Below, piece by piece: positions 8,940-20,158 of a stretch of DNA of 64,000 bases. Each line of letters opens with the position of its first letter. The first letter of the stretch is position 1. The position numbers were made by a program, and so were the translations under genes. Under the pieces are notes generated by a model that was not told the origin of the DNA, ran no database searches, and saw only the letters and a list, made by a program, of their open reading frames with translations. The stretch is taken from the NCBI GenBank assembly GCA_963836075.1, contig CAWIIB010000008.1, positions 160,001-224,000 of the forward strand, read 5' to 3'. This DNA is from an uncultured Acidobacteriota bacterium (GTDB lineage Bacteria > Acidobacteriota > JAQAZP01).

Positions 8940-10159
8940 CGGACCCTCCGTGGCTGTCGGATGCGGGTTTCCGGCTGCTGGTCGCCGCGCTCCTCCTGTT
9001 CTTCCGACCTGGGGGGCTGTTCATCCTCCTCCACGGCATCGAGGTAGATCATCGAATGCATTCGGCCGGCGGTGCCGCCGGACTGGCGGTGGGAGTGGAA
9101 CAGGCCTTCCGGCCCGTCGGTGGAGGGCAGTCCCCCATAGATCGACCGCTCGTGCAGGCCGGCCGCCAGCAGCTGGATACGCACTGCCGCCTCCAGGTCG
9201 AGGTGTGGTCCGTCGCTCTCCTGGTGCAGCACCCCCTCCATGCCGTTCTCGGGCAGTGAGGCGGCTACCTTCTGGACCACTTCGTCGCCCACCCGGTAGC
9301 CCTGGCAGGAGATGGAGGGGCCGATAAAGGCGAGAAAGCGGCCGGCCTGTATCTGGAAGGCTTCGGACATCCGCTGGACCACCTTGGCCGGCAGTCCGTC
9401 GGCGATCCCGCGCCAGCCGGCGTGTACCGCGGCCACCGTGGTGCCCCGGCGGTCGGCCAGCATCACCGGCACGCAGTCGGCGGTGGCGATCACCAGGGCC
9501 AGGCCCGGGGCGCGGGTCACCATGGCATCCCCCTCCCGGGGGAAGGTGTCGGCATGGGCCAGTGAGCCCAGCAGGTGAACCCGGGAGCCGTGGACCTGTT
9601 CCAGCTGGACTGTCCTGACCCGGTTTCCACTGACCAGTTCCTGGGGCGGCGTTTTGACCAGCGGGTCCCACGCCTTGCTGCCGAAGAGGACGGTGAAGCG
9701 CAGCGGGCGGCCGCCCTCGGCCCGGGCGGTGAACCAGGGTCCGGAGTCCCGGTTCACGGTCTCCAGCCAGATGCGGCGTTTCGAGGTCCGCTGGCGGTCC
9801 GGGCGGGCATCCCGTTTGGGCTGGTCTCCGGCAGGGTGACCGGAGGGCTGGCGCTGCTGTCCGGCGGCCTGGGCCTCCTGGGACGGTTTGGCGCCGGCCG
9901 GGCCCCGGGGACGGTTGCGGGGCCTGCGGTTCCGGCGGCGTTCGGACCGTTCGCCCTGCCGATTCCCCGACTGGGGTGCATCCGCCCGCTGTTCCTGTTT
10001 GCGGCCCTGACCGCTCCGGGAGCGGCTGCGTTTCTTCTGCTGCCCTTCCTGCCCCGAGGCCGGGGCACCGGCCCCTGGCTTGCGCTGGCGGTTGCCGCCG
10101 CGTTCGTTTCCGGACCCGCGCCGGCCGCGTCCGCCCTCGTTTTTCGAATCCTGGTTCAT
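8936..10159 (-). CDS. pgeF: PgeF/YfiH family protein (purine nucleoside phosphorylase/laccase-like) with long low-complexity N-terminus
   Basis: EQVHG, GDAMVT, TADCVPV, AAVHAGWRG, IGPSI, FHSHR. Confidence 0.85.
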   Translation of the reverse strand: MNQDSKNEGGRGRRGSGNERGGNRQRKPGAGAPASGQEGQQKKRSRSRSGQGRKQEQRADAPQSGNRQGERSERRRNRRPRNRPRGPAGAKPSQEAQAAGQQRQPSGHPAGDQPKRDARPDRQRTSKRRIWLETVNRDSGPWFTARAEGGRPLRFTVLFGSKAWDPLVKTPPQELVSGNRVRTVQLEQVHGSRVHLLGSLAHADTFPREGDAMVTRAPGLALVIATADCVPVMLADRRGTTVAAVHAGWRGIADGLPAKVVQRMSEAFQIQAGRFLAFIGPSISCQGYRVGDEVVQKVAASLPENGMEGVLHQESDGPHLDLEAAVRIQLLAAGLHERSIYGGLPSTDGPEGLFHSHRQSGGTAGRMHSMIYLDAVEEDEQPPRSEEQEERGDQQPETRIRQPRRVR

Positions 10160-11097
10160 CTGCTGGCTCCGTTTCCGCCGGTGCTGAACAGGTTTTTCAG
10201 CACCATTCCGGCCATGCTCGGGTTCTCCACCATCCGGCGCTTCAGATAGGCGATCGCGTCCGCCCAGTTTTCGGCAAAGGGGACGTAGAGCCGGACTACG
10301 TGGCCTTCGCTCACCAGCCGCTGCTGCAGCGGCTCCCGCGGTACCCCGAGCAGCATCTGGAACTCGTAGTTCGACCGCGGGATCTGAAATTCCTCCAGGA
10401 TTTGCCGGCTGCGCTCCAGCAGGGTCTCGTCGTGGGTGGCGATCTCCACCCGGTGGCCGCCCTCGATCAGCTTGCGCAGCAGGACGAGGTAGTTCTTCTT
10501 GATCTCCCGCTTGCGGGTGTGGGCCACCTCGGCCGGTTCATTGTAGATGCCGATGACCAGCCTGATCCGGGACGGTAGGTCGGACAGGTCATCGATATCC
10601 GCCGCCGTGCGAAAGAGCCTCGACTGCAGGACGGTGCCCAGCTGTTCGGCGGGGTAGTGTTCCCGCAGCCGGCGGTGCAGCTGCAGCGTGGCCGAGGTCA
10701 GGCGGTGGTCCTCCATATCGATGGTGGTCCCCACACCGGCCCGGGCGGCCGCGGACACGACCCGGTTGATGCTCTCCATGGCCAGCTCGCCGTCCAGTTC
10801 GAGGCCCATGGCCGACGGCTTGAGCGATATGGTGCTCTGAGCGGAGTCCGCGAGGCGTCCCACCAGGCGGAGATACAGATCCACCTGTTTTTCCACCTCC
10901 CCGGGTGAGGTAACTTCTTCACCGAGGACGTCCAGGGTGCTCAGGATGCCCCGGGAGCGGTAGAGCTCTCGGGCAATCTCGAGCGCGGACTCAATGCTGT
11001 CGCCCGCCACGTAGGGCCCGGCAAAGGTCTTGACCATGAAGGGAGGGGTCAGCCGGTGAACGATGAACTGTTTGACGCTGTCCCAGACCCAACTCAT
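10156..11097 (-). CDS. Monofunctional proline dehydrogenase
   Basis: YVAG, LDVLGE, IDMED, IATHDE, EFQMLLG, RLYVPF, YLKRRMVENP. Confidence 0.9.
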   Translation of the reverse strand: MSWVWDSVKQFIVHRLTPPFMVKTFAGPYVAGDSIESALEIARELYRSRGILSTLDVLGEEVTSPGEVEKQVDLYLRLVGRLADSAQSTISLKPSAMGLELDGELAMESINRVVSAAARAGVGTTIDMEDHRLTSATLQLHRRLREHYPAEQLGTVLQSRLFRTAADIDDLSDLPSRIRLVIGIYNEPAEVAHTRKREIKKNYLVLLRKLIEGGHRVEIATHDETLLERSRQILEEFQIPRSNYEFQMLLGVPREPLQQRLVSEGHVVRLYVPFAENWADAIAYLKRRMVENPSMAGMVLKNLFSTGGNGASR

Positions 11098-11283
11098 GTC
11101 GACCTTCTCCGGGGTGCTGGAAACACCCTGATATCAAGCCTTTCACGGCTTTTCCGCTCTGGTTCGGAACCGGCAGAATAGCATTTTGCCGGGGCCTTGG
11201 CAACGCGGCCGGCGCCCCCTGCTTGCGTCCCGAGCGGCCTCTGTGCTATCAAAGATCTTTCTTTCGGGAGGTGCAGATAGCAG

Positions 11284-11928
11284 ATGAACTCTTCCCAGCA
11301 CGACGGGAACAACAGCGACCGTTCCGCCGAACACTGGCTGGAGGCCTACCGCAGCGGCGCTTACCTCAAAAAGTGGCACTATGACCACCCCAGTCCCGAA
11401 CTGGTGGCCATGGTCAGCTGCGGCCTGATCAAGCCCGGGGCCCGGGTGCTGGAAGTGGGGTGCGGAGCGGGCACCGATTCGATCTACCTTGCCGGGGCCG
11501 GGGCCACCGTCACCGGTTGGGACATTTCCCAGACCGCCATCGATCTGGCCCGGGAGGCGGCGCGCGAGGCCGGGGCCCGGGTCACCTTTCAGCGGGTGGA
11601 CATCTTCTCGCCCATGGTCCCGCGGACCAATGTGGACGCGGTGATCGACCGCGGCTGCCTGCACAACATCCCCCTCGAGCAGTGGCCCGAATTCTCCCGC
11701 CGGGTGCACCGGTTTCTCAACAAGGGCAGCGGCCTCTACTTTGTCAGAGGGAGCCGCGAACCGACGGTGGGCCGGCAGATCTTCACCCCGCTGACCACGG
11801 AAAACGTGACCCGCGGTTTTTCAGTGCGCTTCAACTGGACCCGCCTCGAACCGTTCATGCTGCTGGCCAACGCCGGCCTGATCCCGGCGGCGATGGTGCT
11901 GATGCGCGCCAAGTCGAAGGTGGGGTAG
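11284..11928 (+). CDS. Class I SAM-dependent methyltransferase
   Basis: VLEVGCGAG, WDISQTA, DRGCLH. Confidence 0.88.
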   Translation: MNSSQHDGNNSDRSAEHWLEAYRSGAYLKKWHYDHPSPELVAMVSCGLIKPGARVLEVGCGAGTDSIYLAGAGATVTGWDISQTAIDLAREAAREAGARVTFQRVDIFSPMVPRTNVDAVIDRGCLHNIPLEQWPEFSRRVHRFLNKGSGLYFVRGSREPTVGRQIFTPLTTENVTRGFSVRFNWTRLEPFMLLANAGLIPAAMVLMRAKSKVG

Positions 11929-11932
11929 ATAC

Positions 11933-12598
11933 GTGTCTCCCGGATATTCCGCCCATTGCCGGAATCCGGCCCTGCTGGTTCTGGCGCTGCTTGTCTTCTC
12001 CGCGGCTTCCCCGGCCGACACCCACCGCTGCGAATGGGTCTACGACGGCGATACCATCCGTCTGGAGAGTGGCGAACGGGTGCGGCTCCTCGGGGTGGAC
12101 GCCCCGGAAGTGCACCATCCCGAGCGGGGGGAGGAACCCTTTGGCCGGGAGGCCATGGGCCTGGCTATCTCGCTGGTTTCGGCGCGAACGGTGGAACTGC
12201 AGTACCACGACGGAGATTCCATTGACGGAGCGCAGCGGGACAAGTACCAGCGGGTCCTGGCCTACGTCTGGGTCGATCGCCTCGACGGTCTGGGCCGCCG
12301 GGAACCGGTCTGTCTCAACCTCGAACTGCTGCGGCAGGGACTGGCCCGGGCCACCAGGGCCTGGGCTCACCCGCTGTACGATGATTATGTCAAAGCCGAG
12401 CAGGTTGCCCGGGACCAGGGGGTGGGCCTCTGGGCCGGGTGGCCGTCCCGCTCGGCGGACAAGGTTCTGGTCACCACCAAGGGGTCCCGCTACCACCGCC
12501 GCGGCTGTCCGCACATCAAGGGGCGCAAGACCAGCACCCTATCCCTGGCCTCGGCGGAGAAGCGCGGGTGCACGCCCTGCCGCACCTGTCGCCCCTGA
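11933..12598 (+). CDS. Secreted thermonuclease (SNase family) with C-terminal metal-binding motif
   Basis: YDGDT, VRLLGVDAPE, DKYQRVLAYV; C-terminal YHRRGC...CTPCRTCRP. Confidence 0.9.
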   Translation: MSPGYSAHCRNPALLVLALLVFSAASPADTHRCEWVYDGDTIRLESGERVRLLGVDAPEVHHPERGEEPFGREAMGLAISLVSARTVELQYHDGDSIDGAQRDKYQRVLAYVWVDRLDGLGRREPVCLNLELLRQGLARATRAWAHPLYDDYVKAEQVARDQGVGLWAGWPSRSADKVLVTTKGSRYHRRGCPHIKGRKTSTLSLASAEKRGCTPCRTCRP

Positions 12599-12625
12599 AA
12601 ACCCTGCCGGTGTACGTCCGATTCC

Positions 12626-12660
12626 CCTTGAATTTTCTTGATTTTGCCATATATTCAAGG
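12626..12660 (+). promoter_or_regulatory. Promoter (TTGAAT-16-TATATT) overlapped by an 8-bp inverted repeat CCTTGAAT/ATTCAAGG
   Basis: Read directly; lies about 190 nt upstream of the C25 gene. Confidence 0.45.
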
Positions 12661-12849
12661 AAGAGCGTTTTTGATTTGAAGTTGCCCCCGGGCTTCGCAG
12701 TCCGTGCCACCAAGCAACTTTTCCCCAAAACGCGGCCCGGTTCAGGTCGGGTGAGCCGTATCGGCGGTTGCCCGGCGAAGTCATAGCTTCGGCCTTAAAG
12801 CAACAAATAGTTGACGTTATATCATCAGCACAACCGGAGGCCACACGTC

Positions 12850-15800
12850 ATGAATCCCTGCTGGAAAATCTGTGCCCTGACCTGCCTCATCCTGCTCGCC
12901 GCCCTGCCGGCCATGGCCGTGGAGCCCGCGAGCCGCACAATCGACTTCGACAGTGACTGGGGAGAGCCGGGATTCACCGTGGTGTACAGCGGTGATGACG
13001 GCCTGGAACTGGTCTACGCTCTACCATCGTTGACCCTCTCGCCGGTGACGCTGCGTGGCGAGGCCTTCACCCGGGTCACCATCCCCGGAGCCATTCTGCC
13101 CACCAATCCGGGCGAGCCGAACCTGCCCGGCAGCGGCCGCTACGTGGCGCTGCCCAACGGCGCCGGGGCCAGGGTGGAGATCCTCGACCAGCGCACACGG
13201 GTGTTCCCCGGGGTCAATGTGCTGCCCTCGGCCAGACTGCCCTTCGACGTGGAGCCGACAGCCCCGCTGCCGGAAAAGGATCCCGCCATCTACCAGGGGA
13301 ACACGTCCTGGCCCAAGGAGGCGGTGAAGCTCTCCGCGGCGCGGCAGCTGCGGGGGGTGAACTCCTGCCTGGTGGGCATCACACCCTTCTCCTGGAACCC
13401 GGCCACCACCGAACTGACCGTGATCACCGACCTGCGGATCCGGGTCTCCTTCGTCGGCGGCCAACCGGGTGAGTTCGGCACCGAGCGTCTCCGTTCCCGC
13501 CACTGGGACCCGATCCTCCAGCACCAGCTGGTCAACTTCGACCGCCTGCCCCTGGTGGATTACTCGACGCGGGACTATTCGGGCCGCGACGGCGTGGAAT
13601 ACATCATCATCGTTCCCGACGACACCGACTTCATCACCTGGGGGCAGACCATCGCCGACTTCCGCATGGATCAGGGCATCTCCTCCCAGGTCTACACGGT
13701 GACCGAGATCGGCGGCAACACCGTCTCGGCCATCGAGACCTTTATCGACAACGCGTACGGCAGCTGGTCCACCGCGCCGGTGGCCTTCCTGCTGCTGGGC
13801 GACTACGCCGCCAGCGGACAGCCCGGCGGGATCACCAGTCCCAGCCAGTCCCACCCCTATTCCGGGACATTCATCACCGACAACGCCTTCGCCGACATCG
13901 ACGGCGACCACCTGCCGGACCTGATCAACGCCAGGATCACCGCCCGCAACGCCGGCGAGCTGGCGATCATGATCAACAAGTTCATCGACTACGAGGAGAA
14001 CCCGCCCACCGCGGCCAACTTCTACGCCAACCCCATCGTGGCCTGCGGGTTCCAGACCGAGCGCTGGTTCCAGCTCTGCACCGAGGTGATCCACGGATTC
14101 TGGGAGAACGAGCTGGGCATGAGCCCGGTGCGCCAGTACAACGTCTACTACGGTAACCCCCAGCCGGGCGACCCCTGGTCGAGCAACGCCAACACCCCGA
14201 TGGTGGTGGACTATTTCGGCCCCACCGGCCTGGACTACATCCCCGCCACCATCCCGGCGGAGATCGACTGGAACAGCGGGTCGCCCACCGGAATCAACGC
14301 CGCGATCAATTCCGGGGCCTTCATCCTCCAGCACCGGGACCACGGCAGCGAGACCGGCTGGGGCGAGCCGAACTACGGGTCTTCCAATCTCTCCGGCCTT
14401 TCCAACAGCATGCTGCCCTGGGTCTTCTCCATCAACTGCCTCACCGGGCGGTTCGATTACTCCAGCGAGGTCTTTGCCGAGGCCTTCCACCGCATGCCCG
14501 GCGGCGCCCTGGGTTTGACCGCGGCCACCCAGGTTTCCTACTCCTTTGTCAACGACACCTACATCTTCGGTCTCTACGACTCCATGTGGCCCGGTTTCGA
14601 TCCCGGGTATCCCTCGGTGGGGCGGGCCACCGGCGCAAACGACCTGCGCCCGGCATTCGCCAACGCCAGCGGAAAATACTACCTCCAGGCCTCCAACTGG
14701 CCCTACAATCCCAGCGACAAGCAGATCACCTACGACCTGTTCCACCACCATTCCGATCCCTTCCTGACCCTCTTCTCCGAAGTGCCCGCCACAATGAACG
14801 TCAGCCACCAGGGCGTGCTCTTTGCCATGGCGCCCACCTTCACCGTCACCGCGCCTGCCGGTTCGCTGATCGCCCTGACCCGCAACGGGCAGATCCTCGG
14901 GGTGGCCGACGGCACCGGGTTCCCCGCCATGGTTCCCATTTCCGGGCAGCTGCCCGGTCTGCCCAACATGACGGTGACGGTGACCAAGGCCAACTGCTAC
15001 CGCTACCAGGCCAGCGTGGAGGTGATCCCCCAGGAGGGGCCGTTCGTCTCCTACGTCAGCCACCTGCTGGACGATGATCAGAGCGGCGCGTCCAACGGCA
15101 ACGGCGACGGCATCGCCACGCCGGGCGAGACGGTGGAACTGCTGCTGGACCTGCGCAACTACGGCGTGGACACCGCCTACGGCGTGAGCGCCACGGTGAC
15201 CAGCACCAGCCCGCACATCAATTTCCTCGACAACAGCGCGGCCTACGGCAACTTCGCGCCCAACGAGACCCGGACCAACGTCGACGGCCTGGTTTTCGAG
15301 GTGCTGGGCAGCTGCCCCCACGGCGAAGAGATCCAGTTCACGGTCAGCGCCACCGACGGCAGCAGACAGTCGTGGGAGTCGTTCTTCGGCATCACCGTGG
15401 AGGCGGCGCAGATGGCGCTCCACGGCCAGACCGTGATCGACGCCCCGGACGGCAACAACGACGGCGACGTGGACATGGGCGAGACGGCCTTCGTGGAACT
15501 GACCATCGAAAACACCGGGGCGGTGGATACCAGCAATGTCTCGGTGACCCTGACCAGCAACGATCCCGGCTATGTCACCGTGCTCGACGGCAGTGCCGAC
15601 TACCCCGACATCGCCGCCGGCAACACGGCGCTGAGCCTCAGCCCGCACTTCCGCTTCAGCGTCGACCTCTCCACCCCCTGCGGCCAGCAGCTGAGTTTCG
15701 ACGCCACCATCGCCACCGACCAGGGGTCGGCCACCGACACCCTCTACATCCAGGTGGGGGGCACCGGCCTCTTCTTCGAAGATGACATGGAGAGCGGCGG

Positions 15801-16688
15801 GGGCAGCTGGACGCACTTTGCCGACCAGGGCGTCGACGACTGGTCGATCATCACCAGCAGCTATGCGCACAGCCCGGACAATATCTGGTTCTCCAGCGAT
15901 ATCTCCACGGTGAAGGACGTTTCCCTGGTCACCCCGGTGCTGTCGGTGACCAACCTCTCCGAGTTCAGCTTCTGGCACTACTTCAACATGGAGAGCAGCT
16001 ACGACGGCTGCGTGATCGAGATCTCCACCGACGGCGGCTCCAGCTGGGCCGACCTGGGGCCGGACATCACCCAGGGCGGCTACAGCGGCACCATCTCCAC
16101 CGCGTTCAGCAACCCCCTGGGCGGGCGCAGCGCCTGGACCGGGACCAACAGCACCATGAGCCAGGTGGTGGTGGACCTCGCCGGCTATGCCGGAGCCACG
16201 GCCAATGTCCGCTTCCGTCTGGCCACCGACAGCTCGGTGAGCGACGACGGCTGGTATATCGATGACGTGCTGATGACCGGGGCCGAGTGCCAGCCCTGGT
16301 CGGGCGGCGTGGAACACACGGTGGTGGCCGCCATGAGCTGCGTACCCGGTTCGGGTACGCTGCCCTTCAGTTCCTGGTTCCAGATCAGATGGAAAACCTC
16401 ACCAGCTACTTCCGCCAGGTGGGCGGCCACCTGGACGTTCTGCTGGGGAACGGCACCGGATACAGCAACTGGCGCGCCGGCAACCTGGTGCTGTCGGCGG
16501 AGGAAGTGTACGCCTTCGGCTGGAACCAGGGCATTCCGGCCCTGGCCGCCACCGATGGGAACAACGTCTTCACCCTGGTGGTGGAGGACGTGACCCCCGC
16601 GCCTTACAACCAGCCGCCCTACCAGCCCTCCGGCGACACCGACACCGGCTTCTGCACGGTGACCGGTGTGGCCCCCCAGGGAGAGTGA
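12850..16688 (+). CDS. Secreted C25 (gingipain-type) cysteine peptidase with propeptide, Ig-like domains and shared C-terminal domain; 1-nt frameshift near 16386
   Basis: Signal peptide; propeptide (GEPNLP); FLLLGD, HRDHG and INCLTG catalytic His/Cys; the C-terminus continues in the frame of ORF 16287-16688, collinear with the end of the next gene. Confidence 0.88.
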
Positions 16689-16733
16689 CCTGCCCGGGGT
16701 TCCGGGCAAGGGGCGGCCAGACAATCTGACCAA

Positions 16734-16760
16734 GGGCCCGGTGTTCACCGGGCCCCTTTG
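16734..16760 (+). terminator. Hairpin / weak intrinsic terminator
   Basis: GGGCCCGGTG-TT-CACCGGGCCC followed by CTTTG. Confidence 0.5.
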
Positions 16761-16819
16761 CACTCCGGGGCCCCGGCCCCGGGGAAAAGTGGCCCGTGCG
16801 CCCGAAAGGCAGGTAGCCG

Positions 16820-19800
16820 ATGATGTTCCCGCGACGTGTATCCCTTCCACTGGCCCTGGTTCTGCTCAGCCTCTGCTCCGTGTCCGGCGCCCCGGCGCAC
16901 ACCCCGGACGGGGTGGCTGCGGCGCTGCTCCAGGGCTCGGCAGCCGGAGAGGCTCCGGCCCTGGACACGGCGGACTATCCTCGACGCCGGCGGTGACCGC
17001 TGGCGTGCGTCTCGAGGCACGGGTCAACTCACACCTGGCCGGCCGGCAGGTACGCGCCGGCCCTGGTGATGGACGAGGACGGGCATCTCACCGTTTTCTG
17101 GCAGAGCCGGCGTCAGGAAGGCCGGGGTCACGAGCTGTACGCCCAGCGGTTCGATCCGCAGGGCCGGCGCCTGGGCCTGGAGACCAGGCTCAACCAGGAA
17201 GTCCCGCCGGACCAGGCCGGCGTCTCCGGCGCCCTGCTGGGCGATGGACGGACGGCGTTCTGCTGGGATGCCCTGGGCCAGGACGGCAGTCTGGGCGGGG
17301 TTCTGGTCCGTCTCTTCGGCTCCGGTCTGGCGCCGTTGACCGATGAGATGGTGGCCCACCAGATGACCCGGGGGAACCAGTCGGACGCGGTCTGCACCGC
17401 GCTTGCCGACGGCGGCTTCGTGGTGGCCTGGAGCGGCCCCGGGAAGCAGGGGAACCTGCCCCGGGCCTGGGCCCGCCGATTCGATTCCGCGGGCCGGCCC
17501 GCGGGGGCCGAGTTCCGCCTGGGCCAGCCTGCGCTGGCCGGCGAGCGGCTGCCCTCCCTGGCCACACTCCCCGGCGGCGGTTTTGCCGCGGTCTATGCGG
17601 CGCTGGATACCGACGGCCGGCCTGCCGGGGTGTACGGCCGATGCTTCGCGGCCGATGGCGTGGCGGGTACACCGTTCAAACTGAACAGCGGCGGCGACCT
17701 CGGCGCCATCGAACCGGTGCTGGCCGTCTCCGGCGACGGCCGGCTGCTCACCGCCTGGCTGGAGCACGGCGGTGAAGCTGCCGATTACGATGTGCGGGCC
17801 CGGCTGTTCACCACCGACGGCGGCCCCCTGGAGCCGGCGTTCACCGTTCACCGGCGGTGTGCAGGGATCCAGAACGGCGCGGCCGCCGTCTTCCTGCCCG
17901 ACGGCCGGTTTGTGGTGGCCTGGAACCAGTTCACCGAGGGCAGCCGCGGGTCCGACGTGATGGCCCGTTTCTTCACCTCCGGCGGCGTCCCCGATGGTGA
18001 CGCTTTCCACCTGGCCAGGTCAACGGCCGGCGAGCAGCGGCTGGCCCAGGCCAGCGGCCGTCTCCGCCTGGCGGCCGGTGACCAGGGACAGCTGGCTGCG
18101 GTCTGGAGCGGGGCAGGGGAGGGGCTGGCTGACGAGCATGGCGCCTATCTCACGCTGCTGCTGCCGGCCGGAATGAATATCGCCGTGGATCCCGCAGTGG
18201 AGCGGGAAGCGCGGCAGACCGCGGCGTTCCACTCGTTGATCACCGCCATGGCCGGCGACCGCAAAAGCGGCGACCAGGCCCGGCGGGCCGCGCAACATCC
18301 GGACGGCGCTCTGATCCATGGGGTATCCGACGTGGCCGCACCGCACCAGCCGCCGGTCTGGGACCCCGCCCTGCGGAGGGACCAGGAGCCGTTTGGCGGC
18401 GACCCCTCGCCGGTACCGCTGGCCGACGGCGGTTTTTTCGGGCTGGCCAGCACCGGCTGGACCCCGCCCGACCCGCACCTGGCAGTGGGGCCGGACCACG
18501 TGGTGGTGATGACCAACGGCGCCATCGCCTTCTTCGACAAGGACGGCACCCGGACCTTCATCGACGAGATCGAGGACAGCTACGGGTTCTGGGGCTCGCT
18601 GGGGACCACCAACTTTGTTTTTGACCCCGAGGTGCTCTACGATCCCCACTCCAACCGCTTCATGGCCATGGCCAACGAGCGGGGCAATTCCAACGATTCC
18701 TACTTCCTGCTGGCCGTCTCCGACGACTCGAATCCCAACGGCACCTGGCACAAGTACCGGATCAACGCCACCACCCACTGCGGGGGCACTATCGACTCGC
18801 CCAACATCGCGGTGGACAGCCAGGCGGTCTACCTCACCGCCGACTGCTGGACCAGCTACAACTACGTGATCTACATCCTGAACAAGACGCCGCTGCTCAG
18901 CGGCGGCGCGGCCTCCATCACCAACACCCTGACCATCAGCGGCACGCAGTCCCACGGCATCCCGGTGACTTACGGCACCGCCCCGGCGATGTACATGATC
19001 GAGCACTTCGAATCCAGCTCCAACACCACGGTGCGGCTGCACGCCATCACCGACCCGCTGGGCTCGGTCTCCCGGGTGACCTACAACCTCACCGTGCCCG
19101 CCTACTCCCCGCCGGAAGATCCGCCGCAACTGGGCACTTCCACCCGGCCGGAGACCTTTGACAACCGCTTCTGGAGTTGTGTCTGGCGCAACGGTTCACT
19201 CTGGGCCTGCCACCACATCGGCAGTTCCCGGGTGCTCTCCCGCTGGTACGAGATCGATACCGGCAACTGGCCGGCATCCGGCACGCCCACCCTGGTCCAG
19301 TCGGGCACGGTGGACCCCGGCGCCGGGGTGCGGACCTTCTTCAACTCCATCTCCGCCGATGACGAGGGCAATGCGGTGATGTGTTTCGCCCGGTCATCGA
19401 CCAGCGAATACATCTCCATGGCCCGGGCCTCCCGCTGTGCCGATGACCCGCCCGGCACCATGCCCGACCTGGTGATCCAGAAGGCCAGCACCACCGGCTA
19501 CACCACCAGTCGTTGGGGTGACTACAGCGCGGTGGCCCTGGACCCGGCGGACGGCACCACCTTCTGGATGCACCACGAGTACACCACCTCCTCCAGCAGC
19601 TGGAGCACCTGGATCGCCTACCACGACCCGGAGTGCAACCCGCAGCCGGTGGACACCCTGGCCGTCACTTTCGACTGTGTTCCGGACAGCGGCACCCTGC
19701 CCTTTTCCTCGCAGTTCTGGGTCCAGCTGGAGAACCTGACCAGCGAGAACCGGCGGGCCGCGGCACGCATCGACGCCCATATCGCGTCCGGCGGATTTTT

Positions 19801-20011
19801 CAGCAACTGGCGCGCCGGCTGGACCAATCTCGACCCCGGCGAGGCCTACACCACGTTCTGGAACCAGAACTTCCCGGCGCTGGGCACGCTGAGGGGAACA
19901 AACATCTTCACCCTCCTGGGAGAGGATGTGACCCCGGCTCCTTACAACCAGCCGCCCTACGCGCCGGCCGGCGACACGGACAGCGGCAGTTGCACGGTGA
20001 TCGGGCAATAG
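16820..20011 (+). CDS. Large secreted protein: N-terminal propeller-like repeats, central PPDP..AVGP/RWGDYS domain, shared C-terminal domain; two compensating indels near 16979 and 17050
   Basis: ATG 16820 starts a signal peptide (MMFPRRVSLPLALVLLSLC) in the same frame as ORF 17066-20011; the repeat-like EARVNSHLAGRQ lies in the shifted frame; about five ARxFxxxG..GxQ..DGxFVVAW repeats. Confidence 0.75.
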
Positions 20012-20033
20012 GCAGCGGAGCAGGTTCTCCGCG

Positions 20034-20062
20034 TTGACCGAAGCACTACGTGATCGTATAAT
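20034..20062 (+). promoter_or_regulatory. sigma70 promoter of the radical SAM/carbamoyltransferase cluster
   Basis: TTGACC-17 bp-TATAAT. Confidence 0.65.
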
Positions 20063-20158
20063 TCACAAAACGCAAGGAATGCCGGGAATGTCCGGATTCC
20101 GGTGCGATTGCACCTGTTTCCTTTTTAAAAATCTGGCGGTTTTCAACGGCGGGTTCAG

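Noticed and set aside
16990-17000. In-frame TGA between the signal peptide and body of the second secreted protein as selenocysteine/readthrough
   Set aside because: The shifted frame gives a much better repeat match (EARVNSHLAGRQ), so two compensating indels explain it; there is no redox motif context.
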